Source of the DNA: Candidatus Binataceae bacterium
Lineage (GTDB): Bacteria > Desulfobacterota > Binatia > Binatales > Binataceae
Length of the DNA stretch: 33,874 nt
Reading direction: 5' to 3'
Assembly (NCBI GenBank): GCA_046704965.1
Contig: JBJKQX010000165.1
Span: forward strand, 1 to 33,874
Shown here: in pieces, positions 6,866 to 17,426 of the stretch
Layout of the letters: each line of letters begins with the position of its first letter
Position numbering within the stretch: position 1 is the stretch's first letter
The notes under the pieces: model-generated
Told to the model about the DNA's origin: nothing
Database searches by the model: none
Seen by the model: the letters and a program-made list of their open reading frames with translations, nothing else
Position numbers and translations under genes: made by a program

Positions 6866-8884
6866 ATGCCGCATCTAGGTCAACTTGCGCTCGCGATAGC
6901 ACTTGTTCTCGCGATTTATTCAGTGGGCGCCAATGTTTACGGCGCCAGGAAGAACCGTTCAGACATCCTGCAGAGTGCCCGTCATGCGCTGTGGGCAATG
7001 ACAGCCATGGTGGTGCTCGCGGCCATCTCTCTATGGACGGGCTTCCTTACCGACAATTTTCGGCTCGTTGCTGTCGCCAACCATTCGAGCCGCTCGCTGT
7101 CCACCTATTACAAGTTTGCCGCTCTGTGGGGCGGGCAGCGCGGGTCACTGCTGTTCTGGACGCTTTTGCTTTCGATCTTCACGGCCATTGCCACTTTCCA
7201 GAACCGCAAGCGCAACCCCGAGATAGCGCCGTACGCACTAGCCGTGATGGGCGGTGTGGCGGTCTTTTTCCTGGGGATGCTGAATTTCGTCACGCCGGCG
7301 TTTGCGACTCTGGCGTCAGCCCCTGCCAACGGGGCGGATCTGAATCCGCTGTTGCAGAACTACTGGATGACCATCCATCCGCCGTCGCTCTATACCGGCT
7401 ACGTCAGCGCGACCGTCCCGTTTGCCTTTGCCTCGGGCGCGCTGCTAGCGGGCAAGCTCGACGACAGTTGGATCAGGACGACTCGTCGATGGGCGATTTT
7501 CTCGTGGCTGTTCCTGACCCTGGGAAACCTGTTCGGCGCCAGATGGGCCTACGAGGTTCTGGGCTGGGGCGGATATTGGGCCTGGGACCCGGTCGAAAAT
7601 GCGGCCTTCATGCCGTGGCTGGTGATGACGGCCTACCTGCACTCGGTGATGATCCAGGAACGCAAGGACATGCTGAAGATCTGGAACCTTGTGCTGATAG
7701 GATTGGCCTTTTCGCTCACCCTGTTTGGAACGTTCATAACCCGAAGCGGACTGATTGCGTCGGTGCACTCGTTCACCCAGTCCGGACTGGGGCCATATTT
7801 CCTCGGCTTCCTGCTGCTGGTTATCGCGCTTTACGCGGCCGCGCTCATCTATCGCGTTCCGGATCTGAGAAGTCCAGCGCAATTTGAATCGTATCTCTCG
7901 CGCGAGGCGGCCTTCCTGTTCAACAACCTCATTCTTGTGGGGATCGCGTTTGCGGTCTTCTGGGGCACGATCTTTCCGATCCTGTCCGACGCGGTTCGCG
8001 GCGTAAAAATCACTGTGGGACCGCCGTTCTTCAACAAGGTGAACGGTCCGCTGGCGTTGGCTCTGATCTTCCTGATGGGAGTCGGGCCGTTGATTGCGTG
8101 GCGGCGGATGGCGGCGAAGAAACTCGCGCGGATGTTCACCACGCCCGCGGTGCTCGGAATCATAGCGGGCGCGGCACTGTTCGGTATCCTTGGCCTGCGT
8201 GAGTGGTACGTGCTCACCGCCGGTTCACTGATCGGATTCGTGACCGGAACCATCTTTGCCGAGTTTCGCCGGGGCGTGGTTGCGCGCAGGCATATGGTTC
8301 ATGAGAGCACGCCGCGCGCGCTTGTGAATCTGGTTTCGAAGAACAATCGTCGCTACGGCGGCTATATCGTTCACATCGGAGTCCTGCTTGCGTTCGTGGG
8401 AATCGTAGGCTCGTCGTTTTTCAAAGCCTCATACAAGCAGAGCGTCGGTCCGGGGCAAAGTTTCATGGCCGGACCATATAAGCTCAAATATCTCGGGCTT
8501 AAGTCGTTCAGTGACGCGCACGAGGACAGTGCAACCGCAAGAATCGCGGTGTTCGAGCATGGACGGCAGGTCGCTCTGATGACCCCGGGCAGGGTCTTCT
8601 ATAAGGTTGAGCAGCAGCCCGCCACTGAGGTAGCAATTCGATCGACGCCAGTGAATGACCTTTACATCGTTCTGGCGGGAATCGAGAATAACGGCTTCGC
8701 CACCTTCCAGGTGTTCGTCACTCCGCTGGTCTTCTGGTTATGGGCGGGAGGCATCGTGATGGCGCTTGGAACAGTCGTCGCGATGTGGCCGAACGTGCGT
8801 GAACGGGTCACGATAGCCGCGATATTGCGGCTTCACGGCGAGGAAGACGAAATGGCCGCGGATATTCCGCCGGGAGGCGATTGA
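6866..8884 (+). CDS. ccmF: cytochrome c haem lyase subunit CcmF
   Basis: 672 aa polytopic membrane protein with the WWD motif GWGGYWAWDPVENAAFMPWL followed by a conserved His (YLHS). Confidence 0.95.
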   Translation: MPHLGQLALAIALVLAIYSVGANVYGARKNRSDILQSARHALWAMTAMVVLAAISLWTGFLTDNFRLVAVANHSSRSLSTYYKFAALWGGQRGSLLFWTLLLSIFTAIATFQNRKRNPEIAPYALAVMGGVAVFFLGMLNFVTPAFATLASAPANGADLNPLLQNYWMTIHPPSLYTGYVSATVPFAFASGALLAGKLDDSWIRTTRRWAIFSWLFLTLGNLFGARWAYEVLGWGGYWAWDPVENAAFMPWLVMTAYLHSVMIQERKDMLKIWNLVLIGLAFSLTLFGTFITRSGLIASVHSFTQSGLGPYFLGFLLLVIALYAAALIYRVPDLRSPAQFESYLSREAAFLFNNLILVGIAFAVFWGTIFPILSDAVRGVKITVGPPFFNKVNGPLALALIFLMGVGPLIAWRRMAAKKLARMFTTPAVLGIIAGAALFGILGLREWYVLTAGSLIGFVTGTIFAEFRRGVVARRHMVHESTPRALVNLVSKNNRRYGGYIVHIGVLLAFVGIVGSSFFKASYKQSVGPGQSFMAGPYKLKYLGLKSFSDAHEDSATARIAVFEHGRQVALMTPGRVFYKVEQQPATEVAIRSTPVNDLYIVLAGIENNGFATFQVFVTPLVFWLWAGGIVMALGTVVAMWPNVRERVTIAAILRLHGEEDEMAADIPPGGD

Positions 8885-9393
8885 AGCTCGCCGCAAATCC
8901 GATGACGCGAAGGTCTGTTTTCATCCTGTTTTTCGCCGCGATACTCGTCGCAATCGCAGGCCCGGCGAGGCCGGCGTGGGCGCGACTCACGGTGAATGAC
9001 GTAGGGCAATATCTCACGTGTCAGTGCGGATGCGGGCTTACGGTTGCCAATTGCGACAATCCGCATTGCGAATTCGCCGTGCCGGTCAAGCATCAGATCG
9101 CCAAGATGATTTCCGAGGGCATGACGAAGGACCAGATAACTGCCTTTTTTGTCCATAAGTACGGAATCAAGATTCTCGCCGAGCCGCCGGCGCATGGCTT
9201 CAATCTGCTGGCATGGGTGATGCCGTTTTTGGCCATTTTGATTGGAGGCGGATTTATAGCCCTGGTTCTCGGGCGTTGGCGTCGTTCCAGCCCGTCCTTG
9301 CCGGACGGTCCGGGTGGCGGGGGTGAGCAAATCCCGGCGATCGACCCGAAGCTTCGCGAACAGCTCAGGCAGGAGGTGCGGGAGCAGCTCTAG
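8881..9393 (+). CDS. ccmH: CcmH/NrfF-family-like cytochrome c maturation protein with a non-canonical Cys motif
   Basis: Signal peptide (…AGPARPAWA). CcmH-like core ...ISEGMTKDQITAFFVHKYGIKILAEPP, compare GxSDxEIxxxxxxRYGxxVLxxP. C-terminal TM helix. The redox motif region reads LTCQCGCGLTVANCDNPHC. TTG 8881 has a GGAGG SD 3 nt upstream; an alternative ATG lies at 8902. Confidence 0.7.
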   Translation: MKLAANPMTRRSVFILFFAAILVAIAGPARPAWARLTVNDVGQYLTCQCGCGLTVANCDNPHCEFAVPVKHQIAKMISEGMTKDQITAFFVHKYGIKILAEPPAHGFNLLAWVMPFLAILIGGGFIALVLGRWRRSSPSLPDGPGGGGEQIPAIDPKLREQLRQEVREQL

Positions 9394-10007
9394 TGATCTT
9401 CTATATCGCGACAGTTTTGATCGTTGTAGGAATTGCGCTTTACGTCGCGGCGCCGCTTACGAGCGGTATCGTGCGGCATGTGAAGAGCCGAAGCGCCGAC
9501 CAGCAGGCGGCAGAGCACTGGAGACACGAGCAGGCGCTCGCCGTGCAGGGGCTCAGGGAACTCGAATTCGACCGCGAGATGGGCAAGCTCTCCGACGCGG
9601 ATTACGAATCGCTGCGTGCCGCGCTCGAAGGCAAGGCGCTCGAAGCGATGACCGCGCTGGAGAAGATTGAAGAGAGCATCAGACAGAGGCGGCTCGCAGC
9701 GCTCGAGAAACCCAGGGTGAGTGAATCGGCAAAGGCCGAGGAGCCGACCGGCGCACCGCCAGCGCAGGTCCAGGACGCGCAGCCGGCTGCGGGCGCCGAC
9801 GCCGACCGACCACCGGTCACGCCTCAAGCGGTTTCGTCACCGTCCGAGCCCCGATGGAATGCGGGCGCCGATCGCAGATCGGGCAACGGCCGGCGGCTTC
9901 GCTTTTGTCCGCAATGCGGACTTCGGGTCACGACCACGAGTAATTTCTGTGGTGAATGCGGCGCCCCGCTGCGAGCCGGTGAACGGGCGGCCGCGCGGTC
10001 TTCGTAA
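9393..10007 (+). CDS. CcmI-N-terminal-like membrane protein fused to a C-terminal zinc ribbon
   Basis: GTG start overlaps the ccmH stop. N-terminal TM helix, then LRELEFDREMGKLSDADYESLRAALEGKA (resembles the cytoplasmic segment of CcmI/CycH), a Pro/Ala-rich linker, then CPQCG...N11...CGECG. Lies between ccmH and ccmA. Confidence 0.5.
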   Translation: MIFYIATVLIVVGIALYVAAPLTSGIVRHVKSRSADQQAAEHWRHEQALAVQGLRELEFDREMGKLSDADYESLRAALEGKALEAMTALEKIEESIRQRRLAALEKPRVSESAKAEEPTGAPPAQVQDAQPAAGADADRPPVTPQAVSSPSEPRWNAGADRRSGNGRRLRFCPQCGLRVTTTSNFCGECGAPLRAGERAAARSS

Positions 10008-10699
10008 TGGCGACACCGGTCGTCGAAACTCACACGCTCGGCAAAACTTTCGGTGAGACTCCGGTTCTTCGGGGTGTCAACCTGACAATGCTTCCCGGAT
10101 CGGTTGTCTTGTTGATTGGCGGCAACGGAGCGGGAAAATCCACCCTGCTAAGGATTCTGGCCGGCATCTCCAGGCCTACCAGCGGAAAGGCGCTCATCTT
10201 CGGTGAGGACAGCCGGCAGCTTTCGGCGCTCCATCGCAAGCGAATCGGGATGCTCAGCCATCAGAGCTGGCTATATTCCAATCTGACCGCGCGCGAGAAC
10301 CTTGAATTTTTCGCAGACCTCTACGGAATCGCATATTCGGGCGCTACTGCGGACGGCTGGCTCGGGCAGGTCGGCCTGCTGCCGTTCGCGGGAGAGCGGG
10401 TGCGGACCTTCTCGCGCGGCATGGAGCAGCGGCTTTCGCTTGCGCGTACGATGATAATTGACCCGCTCCTGATGCTGCTCGACGAACCGTTTGCGGCACT
10501 CGACGCGGACGGCGTCGCGACGGTCAACGAATTGATACGCAACCAGGTCCACAGGGGCGCGGCGGTCATGATGACCGCGCATCGGCCGATGGAACTGGAC
10601 GGCCTTGAACTCGAGATGCACTCCATCACGCGAGGCCGGCTGACAGTTTTGCAGGACGAACCGCGCGGTGGACGACTGCGTTCGTTCTTCGGGCGGTGA
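10007..10699 (+). CDS. ccmA: haem exporter ABC ATPase CcmA
   Basis: Walker A GGNGAGKST, signature-like SRGMEQRLSLAR, Walker B LMLLDEP. TAATG overlap with the upstream gene. ccm context. Confidence 0.85.
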   Translation: MATPVVETHTLGKTFGETPVLRGVNLTMLPGSVVLLIGGNGAGKSTLLRILAGISRPTSGKALIFGEDSRQLSALHRKRIGMLSHQSWLYSNLTARENLEFFADLYGIAYSGATADGWLGQVGLLPFAGERVRTFSRGMEQRLSLARTMIIDPLLMLLDEPFAALDADGVATVNELIRNQVHRGAAVMMTAHRPMELDGLELEMHSITRGRLTVLQDEPRGGRLRSFFGR

Positions 10700-10706
10700 C
10701 GAGACG

Positions 10707-11378
10707 ATGGGTGCGTTTGTAGCGCTGTTGCGCAAGGATCTCCGGCTTGAGCTGAGAAGCGGTCAGAGCACGATTGCGTTGTTCGCCTTGTCGCTGCTCA
10801 TTCTCGTGGTGCTCGTCTTCGCGCTCAGCCCCACGCCGACGGACAGGGCCGAAGCGTCGGCGGGAGCGTTGTGGGTCGCGATGGTGTTTGCGGGGATGCT
10901 CGGCGCGACGCGCGGATTGCTGGCCGAGAACGAGAACGGATGCCTGCGGGCTCTTGCCCTAAGCCCGATGGACCCGGCGCTTCTGTACGCGGCCAAGCTC
11001 GCTGCCGCGTTTTTGTTCATGACCGTCGCGGAAGCCGCGGCGGTGATTATGGTCGTGCTGTTTTTCAACCTCGATTTCGGCCCCAACCTGCTCGTGCTTG
11101 CGGTGCCCCTGATGCTGGGAACGCTCGGCTTTTCGGCGCTTGCGACCCTGCTCGCGACAATCTCGGGGCGGACTCGGGTGGGTGACCTTCTGCTTCCTCT
11201 GCTTGCCGTGCCGTTGTTCGTGCCGGCGTTGATAGCAGGCGTCAAGTCGAGTGCAGCGGCCCTGGCTGGCAAGTCGTTCCCGGACATGCATCAATGGCTG
11301 GGAATCCTCATTGCCTTCGACGTTCTTTTCGTTACGCTCGGAGGATTGCTTTTCGAGCACGTGATTGTGGAGGATTAA
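10707..11378 (+). CDS. ccmB: haem exporter membrane protein CcmB
   Basis: Roughly 223-aa six-TM protein; the pattern LLRKDLRLELRS...ENENGCLRALALSP is typical of CcmB. The ATG at 10707 (after the ccmA stop) is preferred over listed 10668. Confidence 0.85.
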   Translation: MGAFVALLRKDLRLELRSGQSTIALFALSLLILVVLVFALSPTPTDRAEASAGALWVAMVFAGMLGATRGLLAENENGCLRALALSPMDPALLYAAKLAAAFLFMTVAEAAAVIMVVLFFNLDFGPNLLVLAVPLMLGTLGFSALATLLATISGRTRVGDLLLPLLAVPLFVPALIAGVKSSAAALAGKSFPDMHQWLGILIAFDVLFVTLGGLLFEHVIVED

Positions 11379-11386
11379 TCGCTCCG

Positions 11387-12145
11387 ATGCCTGACAATCC
11401 TTCTGACAGGACACACGCAAGCGCGGGCGGCGCGCCGGGGATTGGTGCGCTCGCTCTGTCGCTCGGAGTCGCGACGCTTGCCTTGATGGTGGCGTCGATT
11501 TATCTGGTTTTCGAATACGTTCCCACCACGGCCGAGCAGGGAATCGTTCAGCGCAACTTCTATTTCCACGTGCCGTGCGCCTGGGTGGCTTTTGCCGCCT
11601 TCGGGCTCGTGGCGGTATCGGGAATCTTTTATTTGTGGCTGGGCGACCAGATATGGGACGATCTCGGCTACGCGTCGGCCGAAATCGGAACCGTGTTCTG
11701 CACACTCGTGCTTATAACCGGTTCCATCTGGGCCAAGCCAATCTGGGGTACGTGGTGGACCTGGGATTCGCGGCTTACGACCACGTTCGTACTGTGGCTG
11801 CTCTATGGCGGGTACTTGATGCTACGGTCGATGGCCGATGATACGCCCGAAGTGGCTCGTTACGGTGCCGTGCTCGGTATAGTCGCGGCGCTGGACGTGC
11901 CGGTCGTGATTGTATCGGTGCGGCTGTGGCGCACGATTCATCCTGCCGTGCTGGTCACGCGCCAGGGCGGCCATGGCCTTGAGGACCCGCGCATGATCAT
12001 CACGCTTGTGGTCGCGACCGTCGCCTTTACGGTGATGTTCGCGTGGCTCCTGATGCTGCGTTTCGGGCAACTCCGAGTGCGCAGCAGGATGAAGCAGCTC
12101 AGGCGCGAAATCGCCCTCGCTGAGGCGGCCATCGGAGATCTGTGA
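11387..12145 (+). CDS. ccmC: haem exporter/haem-handling protein CcmC
   Basis: WWD motif WGTWWTWDSRLTTTFVLWL, with conserved His in FYFHVP and RTIHP. The ATG at 11387 is preferred over listed 11294. Confidence 0.9.
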   Translation: MPDNPSDRTHASAGGAPGIGALALSLGVATLALMVASIYLVFEYVPTTAEQGIVQRNFYFHVPCAWVAFAAFGLVAVSGIFYLWLGDQIWDDLGYASAEIGTVFCTLVLITGSIWAKPIWGTWWTWDSRLTTTFVLWLLYGGYLMLRSMADDTPEVARYGAVLGIVAALDVPVVIVSVRLWRTIHPAVLVTRQGGHGLEDPRMIITLVVATVAFTVMFAWLLMLRFGQLRVRSRMKQLRREIALAEAAIGDL

Positions 12146-12333
12146 TGGAGAATTTCGGTTATCTGTTCGCGGCGTACACGATTATTTTCGCCGTTATCTT
12201 TCTGTACGTGATGTTCATCTGGCGCCGGCAGGTGCGTCTCGAGTCCGAGGTACGAGCCATCGAACAGCGGCTCAAAGAGCTGCAGTTGAGCGCCGAGCCC
12301 GACTCGGGCGATTCGGCCAAGGCACAGTCGTAA
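12142..12333 (+). CDS. ccmD: haem exporter protein CcmD (small single-TM protein)
   Basis: 63 aa. YLFAAYTIIFAVIFLYVMFIWRR is a TM helix with a basic anchor typical of CcmD. It overlaps the ccmC stop (GTGATG). The call rests on position and size. Confidence 0.65.
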   Translation: MMENFGYLFAAYTIIFAVIFLYVMFIWRRQVRLESEVRAIEQRLKELQLSAEPDSGDSAKAQS

Positions 12334-12462
12334 TCCATCCCGGCGTCACACCCATCCACCCCTCCGCACCGGTATCGGGCGAGCGTCCGTCCGTCAGGGC
12401 GACGGAAGGCCGGTTGCGCGAAGGTCACTCCGTGCGCATCTTGAGATAACGGAAACTGCGCA

Positions 12463-13557
12463 ATGGAGTTCAAGGACTATTACAAGATTCTAGGTCTCGA
12501 ACGGAGCGCCTCTGAAGCGGACATCAAGAGCGCTTATCGCAAGCTCGCTCGCAAGTATCACCCGGACCTCAACCCGAACAACAAAGAGGCCGAGCATCGC
12601 TTCAAGGAAATCAACGAGGCCTACCAGGTTCTGAGCGACGCCGAAAAACGCGGCAAGTATGACCAGCTCGGAGCCGACTGGGAGCGCGGCGAAAGCGAAG
12701 ACGAGATCCTGCGCCGTTACGCGGCGGCAGGCGCGCAGGGAGCGCGCGGTTCACGATGGACCGGCGACATGAGCGACTTCTTCGAGCAGTTCTTTGGCTT
12801 CGGTGGTGCGCCGTTCGGCGCCCAGGCACCCGGAGGACACGCGGGGTTCGGCTTCGGCGGTGCCCGTGAACGTCAGGTGCGCGCACCCGACGCGACCGCC
12901 GAGGTCAAAGTGCCGCTGCGCGAGGCTATCCGCGGCGGCAAGCGGCGGCTGGACCTTGTGGCGAAGGATGAGTGCCCGAAATGCGGTGGAACCGGGATGG
13001 TGACGCGCGAGGAACACCAGGGCAAGCTTCGCCTGATCCGTTCCGCGCAGCCGTGCGCCAATTGCCGGGGGTCGGGAGTGCTGCCGGTCAGACGCACGCT
13101 TGAAATTTCGATTCCGGCGGGAGTGACCGAGGGCACTCGTATCAGACTAAAAGGGCAGGGCGGTCGCGGAATTCGTCCGGAACTGAACGGTGACCTGTTT
13201 CTGGTGGTGCGACTCGAAGCCCATCCGGCGTTCACCGTATCGGGGCGCGACATACGATGTCAGCTTCCGGTCTGGGACTATGAAGCGGCGCTGGGTGCCG
13301 AAGTCACGGCGCCTACGCTCGACGGACGGCTCTCGCTCAAGATTCCTGCCGGGAGCCAGAGCGGCCGAGTCCTTCGGCTCAAGGGTCGCGGTATCCCAGG
13401 ACGCGGCGGAGAGTCGGCCGGAGACCTGCTTTATGAGTTAAAGGTTCTTGCTCCGACCGATCTTACGGCCGAAGAGCGCTCGTTGATGGAACAACTTGCT
13501 GAGAAGCGGCGCGTTCGCGGTGTGGCCGACCCGCGCGCCGGGATGGTGAAGGACTAG
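12463..13557 (+). CDS. DnaJ/CbpA-like J-domain co-chaperone with a reduced (two-repeat) zinc finger
   Basis: J domain DYYKILGL...YHPDLNP...AYQVLSD, a G/F-rich region, only two CxxCxGxG repeats ([16 protein letters not shown]), and DnaJ C-terminal domains ([24 protein letters not shown]). Confidence 0.85.
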   Translation: MEFKDYYKILGLERSASEADIKSAYRKLARKYHPDLNPNNKEAEHRFKEINEAYQVLSDAEKRGKYDQLGADWERGESEDEILRRYAAAGAQGARGSRWTGDMSDFFEQFFGFGGAPFGAQAPGGHAGFGFGGARERQVRAPDATAEVKVPLREAIRGGKRRLDLVAKDECPKCGGTGMVTREEHQGKLRLIRSAQPCANCRGSGVLPVRRTLEISIPAGVTEGTRIRLKGQGGRGIRPELNGDLFLVVRLEAHPAFTVSGRDIRCQLPVWDYEAALGAEVTAPTLDGRLSLKIPAGSQSGRVLRLKGRGIPGRGGESAGDLLYELKVLAPTDLTAEERSLMEQLAEKRRVRGVADPRAGMVKD

Positions 13558-13562
13558 GGGTC

Positions 13563-13883
13563 ATGGCTGCGCGATCGAAAAGAGGCACGTCGCGAAACGC
13601 GACCCGCTCGGGCGGTGACTCCGCAAGCTATATGAGTCGCGCGGTGGTGTGCCGGCTCGGAGGTATCACCGAACACGAGCTTGCTATTTGGGAATACGAA
13701 GAGTTTGTGGCGCCTAGCGCTGTGGTAAGACTCGGACGCCGCTCGGAGCCGGTTTATGACGAGGGCACGCTAAGGAGGATTCGCACTATCCGGGCGCTCG
13801 CCGAAGACCTGGGCGTAAATCTGCCGGGCATCGGGGTGGCTCTTCACCTGCTCGATCGGATGAGCCTTGCGGGCGAGGATTGA
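13563..13883 (+). CDS. cbpM: CbpM-like chaperone modulator (MerR-type HTH)
   Basis: 106 aa. LGVNLPGIGVALHLLDRM matches LALDWPGIAVALTLMDDI of E. coli CbpM. It sits 5 nt downstream of the J-protein gene. Confidence 0.7.
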   Translation: MAARSKRGTSRNATRSGGDSASYMSRAVVCRLGGITEHELAIWEYEEFVAPSAVVRLGRRSEPVYDEGTLRRIRTIRALAEDLGVNLPGIGVALHLLDRMSLAGED

Positions 13884-13976
13884 ACGGCGCGGATTGAGCG
13901 ACGTGCGCCCGGGCGTAGATGCCTGACGTCGTGGCGTCGTGGATTGGCACGGGCGGGCACGTAGTGAAAAGCTCTA

Positions 13977-15407
13977 ATGAGCACTGAACGAAAAGCGCGG
14001 TTGGTTCGCGGAGTCTCTGACGCTCTGCGTCGAATCGGTTTGCCCGCCGACGCGCTCGTGGTGGTTGCGGTCTCAGGCGGCGCCGATTCGGTCGCCTTAC
14101 TGCACGTGATGCATCTGCTGCGTGAAGAGTTTGGATATCGCCTGATCGCGGCCCATCTGAATCACCGCCTACGGGGTGCCGAATCGGATCGCGACGAAGC
14201 GTTCGTGCGCAAACTCTGTCGCAGCCTCGGCGTCGAACTGGAAGTTGGTCGTGCGGAGGGCCTGGAAGCCGGGATGTCGAACCTGGAGGAACGCGCTCGC
14301 GAGCAGCGCTACTCGTTTCTGCGGAACGTGACGCGGCGTCGCGATGCCAGCTGGGTCGCGCTCGCCCATCAGGCGGAAGATCAGGCCGAGACCGTGATGT
14401 TGCGGCTTTTGCGCGGTGCGGGAGCCGGCGGACTCGCGGCGATGAATGAGCGAGGCCCCGAAGGCTTCATCCGCCCGATGCTCGGCGTGTCGCGTGCGGA
14501 CATCCTTGAGTATCTGAATGAGGCGGGCCAGGACTTCGTATCAGACAGCACCAACGATTCGCTCAAACCGCTTAGAAACCGCGTCCGCAGGCAGCTGTTG
14601 CCCGCGCTCGAGCGCGATTACGCGTCCGGGTTCTCACGACGTCTTCGCGAACTGTCTTACGAGATGCGCGAGCTGGATGATTTCGTCCGCGCGGCGGCTC
14701 GCGACGAGATGGCGCGCCGGTCGGGCGAGGGCGGAACGCTCGATCTGGCGGGATTCGAACGACTGCATCCCGCGCTTCAGGCCGCGCTCATCCGCATGTT
14801 CATCGAGGAGCGCATCGGAAGCCTGCGCACGATCGGGCGCAGGCACGCCGAAGCTGTGCGCCGCTTGTGTTTGCACGGCCCCGTCAACGGAACTCTCGAT
14901 CTTCCGCGGGGTATCCGGATGGAACGCGAATATGAGAAACTGATGCTCCGGGGCACGAGACGAAATGACCGCTCTTCGGGCTTTCGCGTCGTGCTTGGCT
15001 CGACCGGCACGACGGTGATTTCCGAGGCGGGATTCGTTTTCGAAGCCTCGCACGTCGAACAATGCGCGGTCGAGCTTCCGGCGAGCAAATGGGAGGCTCT
15101 GTTCGACGCCGGCGAAATCGGGGACGGGCTAATGGTGCGGAATTTTTTGCCTGGCGACAGGATTCAGCCCATCGGCATGAGGGGCCATCGCAAGGTCAAG
15201 GATATTTTTATCGACGGGCGGATTCCGAGGGCGGAACGAAAGAGCTTCCCGGTTGTGGAATGTGGCGGCGAAATCGTATGGTTGCCGGGCCTTGCGCGAA
15301 GCGGCAAGGCCACGGTCGGTGAAACCACAAAATCGGCTTTGCGAGTGACCACGCAACGGCTCGCGGGGCTCTGGCATGAGGCGCTAAACGGCGTTGCTTA
15401 CCATTAA
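13977..15407 (+). CDS. tilS: tRNA(Ile)-lysidine synthetase
   Basis: PP-loop [12 protein letters not shown] and [19 protein letters not shown]. TilS C-terminal domain [22 protein letters not shown]...IVWLPG. Confidence 0.9.
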   Translation: MSTERKARLVRGVSDALRRIGLPADALVVVAVSGGADSVALLHVMHLLREEFGYRLIAAHLNHRLRGAESDRDEAFVRKLCRSLGVELEVGRAEGLEAGMSNLEERAREQRYSFLRNVTRRRDASWVALAHQAEDQAETVMLRLLRGAGAGGLAAMNERGPEGFIRPMLGVSRADILEYLNEAGQDFVSDSTNDSLKPLRNRVRRQLLPALERDYASGFSRRLRELSYEMRELDDFVRAAARDEMARRSGEGGTLDLAGFERLHPALQAALIRMFIEERIGSLRTIGRRHAEAVRRLCLHGPVNGTLDLPRGIRMEREYEKLMLRGTRRNDRSSGFRVVLGSTGTTVISEAGFVFEASHVEQCAVELPASKWEALFDAGEIGDGLMVRNFLPGDRIQPIGMRGHRKVKDIFIDGRIPRAERKSFPVVECGGEIVWLPGLARSGKATVGETTKSALRVTTQRLAGLWHEALNGVAYH

Positions 15408-15433
15408 ACACGCATGGTAGCCTAGATAACGGG

Positions 15434-17173
<1,740 letters not shown>

Positions 17174-17368
17174 GTAGTTCTCGACGGCGCCGAGGTGGTT
17201 GAGATTCTGAACGCTTATCGTGAGGGGCGCGAGTTGCCTTCCGGCGGAACTCCTGGGCGGGTCGACGCGGCGCCGACGCAGACCAGCGGCGATGGCAAGG
17301 AGACCGCAAAACAGCCTGAAGAGAAGGCTCCAATAGGTCCGCTCCCCACGAAGCCCGTTCTCGCCTGA
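17174..17368 (+). other. ftsH: ftsH C-terminal continuation, in frame, downstream of the internal TAA
   Basis: The same frame reads VVLDGAEVVEILNAYREGRELPSGG...KPVLA and then TGA (17366-17368). This matches the usual FtsH C-terminal (E)T(L/I)DGxE(I/V) helix plus a low-complexity tail. Confidence 0.6.
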
Positions 17369-17426
17369 CAGGATCCGGGCGGAAACGGAAGCCCCTGCGG
17401 GCGAACCGATGCGCGTATGCTCATGA

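Noticed and set aside
12440-12474. CTTGAG ... TTCAAG half-sites upstream of and overlapping the J-protein start, considered as an HspR HAIR operator (CTTGAGT-N7-ACTCAAG); CIRCE was also looked for
   Set aside because: The spacing is about 23 nt rather than 7. The second half-site is not the reverse complement. No CIRCE-like TTAGCACTC-N9-GAGTGCTAA is present.
13945-13960. TGGCAC GGGCG GGCAC upstream of tilS, considered as a sigma-54 -24/-12 promoter; adjacent tandem octamer CGTCGTGG x2 at 13927-13942
   Set aside because: The GG-to-GC spacing is one nucleotide short of the required -24/-12 geometry, and the -12 TTGC is absent. tilS is not an expected sigma-54 target. The octamer duplication is too short to interpret.
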